Source of the DNA: Octopus sinensis
Lineage: Eukaryota
Assembly (NCBI RefSeq): GCF_006345805.1
Contig: NC_043000.1
Span: 95,852,001 to 95,916,000 of the forward strand
DNA: 64,000 nt
Reading direction: 5' to 3'
Of this stretch, positions 1-64,000 are shown one piece after another (the stretch's first letter is position 1; each line of letters opens with the position of its first letter). Position numbers and translations under genes: made by a program. The notes under the pieces are model-generated. The model made no database searches. It worked only from the letters and a program-made list of their open reading frames with translations, and was not told where the DNA came from.

Positions 1-240
1 AGGAACATAACCCCCACAAATACCAAGGGATTACTATCGACCGCGTGTATATCGTTAGCGATTTTCTTTCTCCGTCTTACCTTCCTTGGACCTTTCCTTT
101 TTCTATGTTTCTGACGAAGAGCTCCGCTTGAAACGTTAAATCCCCCTTCTTTCTTTCCTTTCCTGAGCGTCTAATAACACTATACATGTTCCACGACCTC
201 ACATTGTTGTGTTTTCTCTTTGTGTTTTCATGTTTGGATA
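1..240 (+). mobile_element. Penelope-like element (PLE) pseudo-LTR 3' remnant ending in a (TA)n tract
   Basis: CpG-retaining, pyrimidine-rich segment that contains a minimal hammerhead motif (111-137) and is followed directly by (TA)n. This is typical PLE pLTR organisation. The 5' part lies outside the window. Confidence 0.55.
106..142 (+). ncRNA. Minimal type-I hammerhead ribozyme motif (PLE-associated)
   Basis: TTT-CTGACGA-A-GAGC-TCC-GCTT-GAAA-CG-TT-AAA: core CUGANGA at 111-117, GAAA at 130-133, stem II GAGC/GCUU, palindromic stem III ACGU, short stem I. Confidence 0.65.
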
Positions 241-243
241 AAG

Positions 244-281
<38 letters not shown>

Positions 282-396
282 ATATATATGCTATATACAC
301 ACATACACATACTCAAAGCAGCTCTGTAAGTTTTAATTTACCGAATTCACTCTGAGATGGAAATTGTAAGAAAACAATGTGTGTGTGTGTGAGTAT

Positions 397-460
<64 letters not shown>
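244..460. repeat. (TA)n, (CA)n and (GT)n microsatellite cluster
   Basis: Simple repeats read directly from the sequence. Confidence 0.95.
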
Positions 461-461
<1 letters not shown>

Positions 462-2000
462 GCGCGCGAGTGAAGGGCTTCTTTCAGTTTTTTCCTACTA
501 AATCCACTCAAGAACTCAGATTGATGTAATCAACTATCCGCTTGATATGTCAAAGAAAATACCAATAATTTTGATAGTTTCACATTAAAGCAACAGCGTT
601 TCAATGTTTACAGAAACGTTCTCACCATTTGTCTGAGAATGATTGCTTCACTGCTTTCAGTTCCAGTGATGACCAGAAACATAAGTGGATGAATATATTT
701 GAAGAGTAAAAACAAGATATTGCATTTCTAATTACATTTTCATCCTGAGAAATCGAAACAATTTCATATTTCCAACCAGTGAAAACAGTACAATGCTAAT
801 GATTTGATTTACATTATATTCCTTAAGTTGCTCATGTATTCAACAAACCTCACACCTTTAGTCATGTATTTTTACAGTTCACAATAGGAAAACCCTTCGT
901 AGAACAACGATAAGGACATTGATGCTAGAAAAGTGAAAAGGCCGGTTCAGGAAGTATATTTATTCTGACCCATCTTTTGAAGATTTGCTTCCTATTTCTA
1001 GCAAGATTGGACAAACGTAGAGGGCTCCGCTGTTACCTCGTTACAGCGTGTGTTTAATATGGGCTTTCTGCATGGAAAAACATATTTATTATCATCACTC
1101 ATGTTCCTGGGGTCGGCTTGCCATGAGTCTCCAGTTCCCTGTGTTGTGTTGTATACATACAAATACAGAAGCTATTACACGACATCGCAATTATATATTG
1201 TAGACAAGAATATAGATTACCGAAATAACGTCGGTGGACCTCAAAAAGAATACCAAAAATGACTAATTATTTAAAATAAAACTAAATTTTAGGTTATTTC
1301 ATTCCGATTTGAATATATATCAAAGTGAATGGATATTTACCTTTTTCCTTCCGACAAAGCAACATGGAAGAACAACACACCTTCCATCGCACTGAATATT
1401 TAAATCCTTATTCGTCATATTAGGCATCGTACACACTTAAAACAATACTGCTAACTGAATAATATATCTAAAATACTATTTAAAACGAATCGTAAAATTT
1501 AAATATTTCCATTTCTATTTCGTCACATAGGGAAATAAATATTTATGTGTTAAAATTTTCTGTGAAGTAAATATATCATAGCATTATAGAATTCATGTTA
1601 ATTGGTTTGTTTACTATTTCGAAATCAATAAAACTAACATCAGATATTGAAAATGACAGAGTTACATATGGATTTTTGAAATCAAAACAAGTATAAATAC
1701 AAATTTAAGTGAGAAAACTTAATTATATATTCCTTTAATTAGGCCAAATATTAATAACATGCATTATGTTTTTAAATGTTTTGCCGCAGTTTCGTAAAGC
1801 TGTTGCTAAGGGTGATCAAACTTAATTTAAGAAATTATTAATATTTTGTTACTATAAGCTCAATCCGATTCTGTTGACGTATATATTATATTTTATTGTA
1901 TCGAAATAACATTTAGATACAAATGCTACAAGTATGTTTTACGGAACATAAGACTTATCATTTGTTTATATAAATTTTAAAAATTCCCACTTGTTAACCA

Positions 2001-2014
2001 GTTGCTATGGTTAC
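2001..2014 (-). promoter_or_regulatory. RFX X-box upstream of NEK11
   Basis: Plus strand GTTGCTATGGTTAC equals minus strand GTAACC-AT-AGCAAC, an exact match to GTNRCC(N0-3)RGYAAC. It lies about 345 bp upstream of the ATG in non-repeat sequence. Confidence 0.6.
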
Positions 2015-2358
2015 AGTTTTTTTACAAATGTACCTTAGACTTGTTAAGTGATTAATTAAAAAATATATATGTCTATCTCCAGATGGATTTAAATCAACGT
2101 TTTACTTGAGAGGTTGTTATTAATTTTGCGTCAAAATAAGTAACCGCTTCACTGAGCACGTTGGTTCTGATTTAAAGAAAAACAATTAACAAGACAATAG
2201 TATTCTGGTTCGACCGACCCACTCTTAATGAGTAATCGATCAATACCCTTTGTTCTAGAGGACGCATTTTGGAATTTTATTTTCGGGTCCACTTTCATCT
2301 CAATTCACTTCCTAGGAAATATTAAGGATTACAAAAAGAAAACTGATTTGCATCTAAA

Positions 2359-54612
<52,254 letters not shown>

Positions 54613-56394
54613 GTGAGTATGCTGTATTTTATACATTTTGAAGCAAGAACCTGACATAAAGGTGATTGGAGCGGGATTGAGTTTCAGTACAAAACTTTTA
54701 TGTTAGTTGTGGTATCAGTTTTAAAATGATGGCAGTAGTGGGGTTTTATTTACATAGTGCCCAGCAGAAAATAGAGATAAAGATACAAAAATACTGTATA
54801 GGACAGAGGGACTGTATGTAAATGAGTGCAGGAATACTAAATAATGTCATCAGATGGTCTCATGCCTGGTTACCCAAAACACGAGAAAACATCATGTTAT
54901 TAATACATTGTTTTTGTCTTATCATTTGTATTCATCATGCGTAATAATTCTCATCACATTTTAATCTTAATTTCTGCTTGTTTATCATCTTTGAAATGTG
55001 CTTATTAAAATTCATGTTTAACCTTTTTTTGATAGCAGGCCTGAGTTTTCCTTTGGTTCTATGATACAAGCTCATGTTTTAAAGTAATCCAAGTTAAAAA
55101 CCTTCTATTAAAATTTTGTGTAAATTTAAATTCGAAACACCGGACTCATAATGACAAAGCTTTCTTATTAAATCTTTCATTATTTTCACAATTAATTGAA
55201 ACAAAGCCATGTATTTTAACAGAAACATGGTAACAAGAGGGTTAACTTTCCTGAAACCAATCCTTGTTTTGTGATACAAATTTCTCCATCAAAATTTTAT
55301 ATAAACTAAAGTTCCAAATACCAGCTTAATAGTGGCAAAATTATTTTAGTAAATGCACAATTAATTGAAGCAAAGTTAGTATAGTTTAACAAAAATATTG
55401 TAGCATAACTCTTTTGATGTAATCAACTAGCCCTTCCCCCACAAATTTTGGACCTTGTATCCATAGTAGAAAGCATTACCACATTAAACTGTACCGGTAA
55501 AACATTAAAAGTACCCAGTACATGCAGTAAAGTGGTTGGCATTAGAAGGGCATCCAGCCATAGAAACTATGCCAAAACAGACAAAATGGAGCCTAAGCAG
55601 TTCTCCAGTTGACCAGCTCCTGTCAATTCATCCAACCCATGCCAGCATGGAGAACAGACATTAAATGGTGAGATGATAATTATTTCGATTTTTGCCCTGT
55701 TTTGCCCTTCATGTTTTTGGGGGTCAATAAAATAAGTACCAGTCAAGCACTGGAGTTCATGTAATCGATTAACTCCGCCTCCAAACTTCCAGGCTTTGTG
55801 CCTATAATAGAAAGGATTATTACCATCATCATCATCATCATCATCATTATTATTATTCCTCTTTTGTAGAGCTCTCATTGACTTCAAGTTTCACTTGAAA
55901 AGGAAATTGAGAGTGGAGAGGGAAGTGCTATCCTCGAGTGAGTTTATAGAAAGAGATGAAAGTTGCAAAAATGGCAATTGTGGATGGTACCTCTCTAAGT
56001 GTAGAGCTGTGAATCAGAGAGAAGGAATTGTAGAGGGCACTTGCTCTTGAGGTTTCAGGGAAATCTCAGACAGTGGGGCTCCTCAATTATCCTTAGAGGC
56101 TTTCCTGTATCAAGAGGGCCACATCTCTATCACCTTCTCACCACTTTTCAATTTTTTTTATTATTCTCTTTTACTCTTTTACTTGTTTCAGTGATTTGAC
56201 TGTGTCCATGCTGGAGCACCACCTTGAGTCGAGCAAATCAACCCCAGGACTTATTTTTTGTAAGCCTAGTACTTAGTCTATCAGTCTCTTTTGCTGAACC
56301 GCTAAGTTACGGGGACGTAAAAACACCAGCATTGGTTGTCAAGCGATGTTGGAGGTACAAATACAGACACACAAACATACACATAGATACATAC

Positions 56395-56454
<60 letters not shown>

Positions 56455-56876
56455 ACAGGCTTCTTTCAGTTTCCATCTACCAAACCTACTCACAAGGCTT
56501 TGGTCAGCCCAAGGCTATAGTAGAAGAGACTTGCCCAAGGTGTCATGTAGTGGGACTGAACCCGGAACCATGTGGTTCCTAAGCAAGCTACTTACCACAC
56601 AGCCACTCCTACACCTATTTATTTATTTTATTCTATTTATTTATTATCATTTCATTATATGTAAATCCCCTACATTTTATTCTGTCTTTGTATTGTCCAC
56701 CTCATCCTTCGTCCTTGTGGCAAATAAATGAAATCATCATCATCATAATCATCATTATTATTTTATGTTTGCTTTACATTTGTACAAGTTGACTCCAAGT
56801 CTCACTCAGAGACCTCATGAGACAAGTTCGAAGTTCATTTTGGTGTTATGCCTAGGGTGCCATATATTTGGTTTTG

Positions 56877-56956
<80 letters not shown>

Positions 56957-57165
56957 GATAAGGATGGTAGAGTCGTTAGCGTGCCAGATAAAATGCTTAG
57001 GGGCTTTTCATCCATCTTTATGCTCTGAGTTCAAATTCCACTGAGGACAACTTTACTTTCATCCTTCCAGGGTCAATAAAATAAATACCAATGGAATACT
57101 GGGGTCAATGTAATTGACTCATTCCCTCCTCCAAAATTGCAGGCCTTGTACCTTTAATAAAAAGG

Positions 57166-57200
<35 letters not shown>

Positions 57201-58139
57201 CTACACTCACGGAGTGGTTGGCATTAGGAAGGGCATCCAGCCGTAGAAACACTGCCAGATCAGACTGGGCCTGATGCAGCCTTCTGGCTTCACAGACCCC
57301 AGTTGAACCGTCCAACCCTTGCTAGCATGGAAAGCGGATGCTAAATGATGATGATGATAATGATGATTATTATTATTATTATTGTTAAGGTGGTGAGCTG
57401 GTAGAATTGTTTGGCATGCGGATGAAATGCTTAGCAGATTTCATTTGTCTTTATGTTCTGAGCTGGGGTCGACTTTGCCTTTCATCCTTTTTTGAGTTGA
57501 TAAAATAAGTACCAGTTAAGAAAGGATTGTTGTTGTTGTTGTTGTTGCTGCTGTTGCTGTTGTTGTTGTTGTTGTTGTTGTTGTTATCATCATCATCAAT
57601 ATTGCTGGCAGAATCATTAGAGTGTCAGACAAAATACTATGTGGTTATTTGCTTTGGCTCTTTATGTTCTGAGTTCAAATCTTGCCAAGGTCAATTTTAC
57701 ATTTCATCCTTTCAGGGGTTCAATAAAATAAAGTACCAGTCAAGTACTGGGGTCAATGTTATCGACTACCACACCACCTTCAAGTGTGCAGGCCAGAATC
57801 AGAAACCATTGTTAAAATGTTTGTTTGTTTTTTGTAATGCTTTCATCTGTTCTTGTCCATATGTGGTTAATAAAGAGAAAAAGCATTATCAAAAAAATTG
57901 TTTGTTGTGGTTGCCATTGTTGCTGTTGTTACTGCTGACATACAGTCCAGCTTGGCATGATGTTGCAAAAGGGAATTGGATTATTAGTCATGTATTGAAT
58001 ATCAGGTGGTGTAGGGATGACTGTACAGAATGACTCCACGATGACTAATTCTCCTGATGTAATATCAACCACTTCTTACATTTGTATGGGCCGTGAATGT
58101 ATTTCTATAGATTTTCACATATCTTTTAGAAATGTGTTT

Positions 58140-58264
58140 ACATATCTATATGCATGGATGAATGTATGTTTGTATGTATTTGAGTATGTATGTGTATAAC
58201 CATGTTTATAAGTATGTGAGTGTGTATGTACGTCTGTGTATATGTAAGTATGTATGTGTGTGTG

Positions 58265-58296
<32 letters not shown>

Positions 58297-58673
58297 TGTA
58301 TGTATGTGAGTGTGTATGTATGTCTGTGTATATGTATGCATGTATGTATGCATGTATGTATGCATGTATGTATGTATGTATGTATGTATGTATGTATGCA
58401 TGTATGTATGTATGTGTACATGTATGTATATTTGTTCTCTTCTATTTTTAATTATTTGAAGTCTTCTTTAAAGGAAAGATCTAGTTTCTAACCAAGACAC
58501 ACAGCTTCATTGTTGGAATGTAGATAGCAAAAACAATGTCACATGTTGAACTTAAGGAAAGTGTGCATGCATGTATGTACATGTGTATGTGTTTATGTAT
58601 GTGTATGTGTGTTAATGCTTGTATGTATGTGTATGTGTATGTCTATGTATGTGTATGTATGTATGTATGTATG

Positions 58674-58741
<68 letters not shown>

Positions 58742-58915
58742 ATATGTATGTATGTATGTAGATATATATCTATGTGTCTATGTGTATGTTCATGTTTGTA
58801 TATATGTATCTGTGTATATATGTGTGTGTGTGTGTGCATATATTTATGTGCGTGTGTATATTTGTATATATGTATGTGTATACATATACCTGTATGTATG
58901 TATGTATGCATGTCT
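58140..58915. repeat. Large compound (TATG)n/(TG)n/(TA)n microsatellite field
   Basis: Read directly. It explains the overlapping Y/V/C/M-rich ORFs. Confidence 0.95.
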
Positions 58916-60122
58916 CATCAATGTTTTCTTTTATCACAAATAAACAAACATTTGCCGCAGGAAGGAATAAACATATAATCTGGAGTCAATAATATATGTG
59001 TGTTTGTTTAAATATAATATTTTTATTAGAAATAATACATTTCTAAATCTCTCAGAGAGATTTATACAGTAGTAACATGATAAAGAGGTGGTTTGTTGCC
59101 AACTTAACGTGACAGTCCCATGAAAGGGAAGAATACTACTGCTATTTAGCCCTAGGAAGCACCAATTCCTATCAGCCTTGAAATATTTCCTGTGTCCGTA
59201 TCTCTTTTTTACTCTTTTACTTGTTTCAGTCATTTGACTGTGGCCATGCTGGAGCACTGCCTTTAGTTGAGCAAATTGACCCCAGGACTTATTCTTTGTA
59301 AGCCTAGTACTTATTCTATCAGTCTCTTTTGCCGAACCGCTAAGTTACTGGGACATAAACACACCAGCATCAGTTGTCAAGTGATGTTGGGGGGACAAAC
59401 ACAGACACACAAGCATATACACACACAGACATACATATATACATATATGCAATGGACTTCTTTCAGTTTCCGTCTACCAAATCCACTCACAAGGCTTTGG
59501 TTGACCCAAGGCTATAGTAGAAGACACTTGCCCAAGGTGCCACACAGTGGGACTGAACATGGAACCATGTGGTTCATAAGCAAGCTACTTACTACACAGC
59601 CACTCCTATACCTATTATGTTTACAAACGGAGAGACAAGTACCTCCACCCAGCAAAGCCAGCATTCAGAGACTAGTTTCTGAGTCATTGCTTGTCATCAG
59701 TCTGGAGTAACATGGCTTGCTAGCTTAATTCATTATTACAAGCACAAGGCCTAATTACAAAGGGGGACATACAAAGACATATGGGAACATAAAACATATG
59801 AAGGATGAATGTGAAATGAATAAAATTACAATGCAAATGAGATGCCATTCAGAAGAATTTGGTTGGGTTGGAGCTATAAACAGTAGAAGACACTCGCACA
59901 ATGTTACATTAAAATTATATCTGTCTATTACCATTATTTTAGTATTTATAACCAGTTTTATGCATCGTAAAAATTGTCTTAATTTATCTGCAAGACCCTA
60001 TATGTTAGAATCATAAAATATTCCCATTTATCTTTGGATTAAGGAATGTTAACAGTCTTCTTTTAATATCCACCCTATTTTGATATTTTCTTATTATTTG
60101 CTGTGTATTTGTTTCCAGTGTG

Positions 60123-60443
60123 AAGGCACATGGCTTCGTGGTTAGAGGTATTCAGCACCACAATTATAAGATCATGAGTTCAATTACCAGTGACATGTTG
60201 TGTCCTTCAGCAAGACACTTCATTTTGTGTTGCTCCCGTCCACTCTTCTGGCAAAAATGAGTAATACTTGTATCTTAAATGGCCAGTCTTGTCACATTCT
60301 GTGTCCCACTGAATCTCTCTGAGAACTATGTTAAGTGAACACATGTCTGTGGAGTGCTCAGCCACTTACACATTAATTTCATGAGCCGGCTGTTCTGTTG
60401 ATCAGATCAACTGGAACCCTTGTCATCATAACCAACAGAGTTC
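60123..60443 (+). mobile_element. Older tRNA-derived SINE with a V-domain-like motif, sharing its 3' half with 46179-46569
   Basis: TGTTGTGTCCTTCAGCAAGACACTT and GTGGAGTGCTCAGCCACTTACAC...GATCAGATCAAC. Confidence 0.65.
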
Positions 60444-61544
60444 TAGTTATTTGCTTCCAGAATCCAACACACTCTGTAAAGGATATCCAGCCAAAGAAAC
60501 CATGCTAAATCAGACTGGAGTTTGGTGCAGCCCCACCCCACTTCCTGGCTTACCAGCTCTGGTCACACAGTTCAATCCATGCTATCTTGGACAATGGATA
60601 TTAAATGATAGTGATGATGATTATGATAGTGGGTAATTTGGCAGCTATTTTTATCAAGCTGAGGAATCACCATGATTATTGTTACTGGTATTGATGTGCC
60701 TCAGGCCACCCCTGAGTGAGCCCCTCTATGATCAAAGGCATTCTAGCCTTGACCATCCAGACTTTCTGTATATTAAGGAAACTACATTGTTCACTGTATT
60801 CTTCCTTATTTAAGACTATAGTATGATTTCTTGAAGATTTTGGCTACTATCTCTAGCAGATCAAACCACTGCAGAGAACCTCTTCCAACGGCTTGTGAAG
60901 CAGTGACTGGTTTAAAATTTGTTTAGCCCCAGGCCAACCATAATCAAAAAGACATTCTGGTTATGACAATCCTTTCTTAACTTCAGGCAGTGGATCAAGG
61001 ACTATGTTATCCAATGTGTTCTTGATATTAATATGCTAGTATAAGGCAATGAGCTGGCAGAACTGTTAGCACACCAGGCAAAATGATTAGCGGTGATTTC
61101 ATCTGTCTTTATGTTCTGAGTTCAAATTTCATCAAGGTCATCCTTGTCTTTCATACTTTCAGGGTTGATAAAATAAGTACCAGTTGAGTACTGGAGCACT
61201 GTAATCGACTAAACCCCTTCTCCCAAATTACTGGCCCTGTGCCAAAATCTGAAGTCAATATTAATATACTAGAAGTTAAAGCAGTGAGTTGGCAGAACCA
61301 TTTGCACACCAAGCAAAATGCTTAGTGCCATTCCATCTGTCTTTATATTCGCAGTTCAAATGTTGCCAGGATCAACTTTGCCTTTCAGCCTTTCAGGATC
61401 AATAATACAAGTACAGTTACACCTCAGTATATGAGTTAATTTGTTCCTGGAGGCCACTCATAAAGTTTTCCATTTTTAAGATAAATTTTGTAAAGGGATT
61501 GGGTAGAATTTGTGGGTGATTATCTGGTGTATGACCATTTGGAA

Positions 61545-63405
61545 GATTCTTTTTAAGCAAGTGACAAAAAAAGCAGTGCTTGAATTTGAACAGTGCATAG
61601 CAGCCAATCCTGACAGCAAGGTTTTCTGGAAATATGTGCACTCAAAGCAGAGACCTCACTCTCCAGTGGGCCCTCTTCGCAACCCTCACACAAACCAGAT
61701 CACTGACGACCCCAAGGAATGCGCAGAACTCATTGCCGAGTGCTATGCAAACATATTCACTGTTGAAAGTCAAAATGTACCATCTTCACCATCACTAACA
61801 GCAAACTCCATAACAACTATGGAATTTACACCTGCAATGCTGCGACGTCACCTTCAAAATAAGCGCAACTATGCCTCCCCTGGTCTCGATGGAGTTACAT
61901 ACCTGCTTCTCAAACGTGGCAGGCACTTCCTTTTACACCAGCTTTCTATTTTCTTCCAGTACTGTCTCAACAATGGTGCTACTCCGGAGCAGTGGAAAAC
62001 TGCCAGTGTCATTCCTCTGTCAAAAAGGGCGACCGCACATCACCTGTCAACTATCGCCCAGTCGTCTCACTAGCTGTATTGCAAAACTGATGGAATCGTG
62101 TGTCAGAGAAACACTCTGGAACTTCTGGAGCTCTCACAGTCTCATCCGACCCTCACAATATGGATTTGTCCCTAACTCCAGCTGCAGTGACCAGCTTGTC
62201 GAGTTCCTTGAGGACATTACTCAGATTACTGACAGTGGCTCATGGGTGGATGTTGTCTACCTTGACTTTGCTAAGGCTTTCAACTCTGTGCCACACAAAA
62301 GGCTTATGGTGAAACTCTCTGCAATGGGTGTGGGGGATGACCTTTTTAACTGGTTGAAATCCTTCATGCCTCAGCCGAAAGGAGTAGTTACAGTTCTAGA
62401 CAGCACTCTACACCATATGAGATGTCATCGGGTGTACCACAGGGATCTGTCCTTGGTCCCCTCTTGTTTGTGGCATACATTAACGACATAGATGCCAATT
62501 TAAGGAATGCCACAGTATGAAATATGCAGACGACATCAAGCTGTACCTGAAATCAAGAGGACAGATCCTGATGTCTACAACTCTTTCCTGCAATCAGACC
62601 TAGGACACAATGCAGCAATGGATCACAGCAGTGGCAACTGAAATGGCTGCTGTGACAAGTGTACACACGCCATTTTGGGAGAAAAACCCGCGTTCATCAT
62701 ACTCCCTCCACAAAACTGATCAAGAAATCTCTCTTGCGCGAGCGTGACCTAGGCATCACTGTCAGCAGTGATTTGCGTGGTCAAAGCATATCTCTAAGAT
62801 TGTCAGGAGGCCGAGGGTGTCTTGGCATCACTCAGCAGGTCTTTTGTTAGCCGCTCTCCAGCCATCTATTTAAAACTGTATACAGCTATGGTACGACCAC
62901 ACTTGGAATTCGCATCATCATTTTGGAACCCCTATCTTGCACAGAACATTGACCTCCTGGAATCTGTCCAGAGACGTGCAACCAAACGCATACCCTCCAT
63001 CAGACACCTACCATATTCTGAGCGCCTTGTTTCCCTGGGCATGGATTCACTGAAGCTCCGGCGTTTGGCGACGGACTTGTAACACCCACAAAGTTATCAA
63101 CCACCTCACCAACAACAACCTGAACACCTTTTTGATCTCCATGTGTCTAACACACGTGGACATGCCTACAAAGTCAGAAAACAATACAGCTCCCATGACT
63201 TTCGGAAACATTTTTTCACGCTCAGGGTTGCTGAAGCGTGGAATAACTGCCTGCATCAGTTGTTGACTGCCATGACACTGCATCCTTAAAGCCCTCATGC
63301 TTTCCGAAATCCGTCGAAACTACACCTGATTATATATACACTTTAGATGAGTTGTAGTGCACCTGAGCACTGTACACAATGATAATTATTATTATTATTA
63401 TTATT
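61545..63405 (+). mobile_element. CR1-clade LINE, 5'-truncated, frameshifted RT, (ATT)n tail
   Basis: KVFWKYV...SPGLDG...WKTASVIPL..KG...NYRP...YLDFAKAF..VPH...GVPQGSVLGPLLF...YADD...VRPHLEF...LESVQRRATK...TRGH...FTLRV. A short 3'-end copy lies near 49130-49175. Confidence 0.93.
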
Positions 63406-64000
63406 ATTATTAAATATTAATTAGGTGCAGGCATGGCTGTGTGGTAAGAAGCTTGCTTCCCAACCACATGGTACTGGGTTCAGTCCCCCTGCATCACACC
63501 TTGGGCAAATGTGTTTTATCTTCTATCTTTCACTTGTTTCAGTCATTAGACTGTGGCCATACTGGGGCACCTCCTTGAAGAGTTTTCCTCAAACAAATCA
63601 ACTTTTTTAAAGTCGAGTACTTATTCTACAGGGAGTGGATTTGGTAGACAGAAACTGAAAGAAGCCTGTCATAGATGTATATGTGTATATATATATCTTT
63701 GTGTGTGTGTCTTTGTGTCTGTATTTGTCCCCCTAACACCACTTGACAACTGGTGTTGGTGTGTTTACATCCCTGTAACTTAGCAGTTCAGCAAAATAGC
63801 CCAATAGAATAAGTACTTGGCTTTAAAAAAGTAAGTCCTATGGATGATTTGTTTGATGCAAACGCTTCAAGGAGGTGCCCCAGTATGGCCACAGTCTAAT
63901 GACTGAAACAAGTAAAAGATAGAAGATAAAAGATATAAGTAGCATTAATACAGAGCAGGTTGGTAGAAATAATAAAACACCAGGTTAAAATGCCTTGTAG

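Noticed and set aside
980-1262. ORF 1050..1262 (+) and a short minus-strand ORF MSDDNKYVFPCRKPILNTRCNE... as a divergent gene
   Set aside because: No recognisable homology, only a weak donor (GTAACA) and no supportable second exon within the window.
58017-58082. Possible NEK11 exon 9 (CAG|AATGACTCCACG..., which also contains ATG ACT CCA CGA = MTPR)
   Set aside because: There is no pyrimidine tract, the MTPR frame stops immediately (TGA), and the phase-0 frame (NDSTMTNSPD...) has no recognisable similarity. RNA-seq would be needed.

Overview
AT-rich, microsatellite- and transposon-dense eukaryotic DNA. The SINE families and repeat style point to a coleoid cephalopod, probably Octopus (inference, not confirmed). 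The only host gene I can support is a plus-strand NIMA-family Ser/Thr kinase, NEK11. I assembled 8 GT-AG coding exons by hand: 2359-2498, 23152-23323, 27392-27540, 36490-36651, 40209-40358, 45363-45441, 48031-48065 and 54540-54612. They give 960 nt / 320 codons in one open frame with an intact catalytic domain, and the gene runs on with no stop codon found. A consensus RFX X-box lies about 345 bp upstream of the ATG. The introns hold nested transposons: a Merlin-like palindromic MITE carrying telomere-type repeats, two Helitrons, several mariner/Tc1 relics (two of them fold-back derivatives), a Gypsy solo LTR inside a mariner, a Gypsy gag relic, R4/Dong, RTE and CR1 LINE fragments, piggyBac- and pogo-like MITEs, and many SINEs. 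Penelope-like element ends carry minimal hammerhead ribozyme motifs, two well preserved and three decayed. Almost all other ORFs in the supplied track are microsatellite or antisense-TE artefacts. There is no CRISPR array, rRNA or true tRNA gene. TE boundaries without a TSD are approximate.
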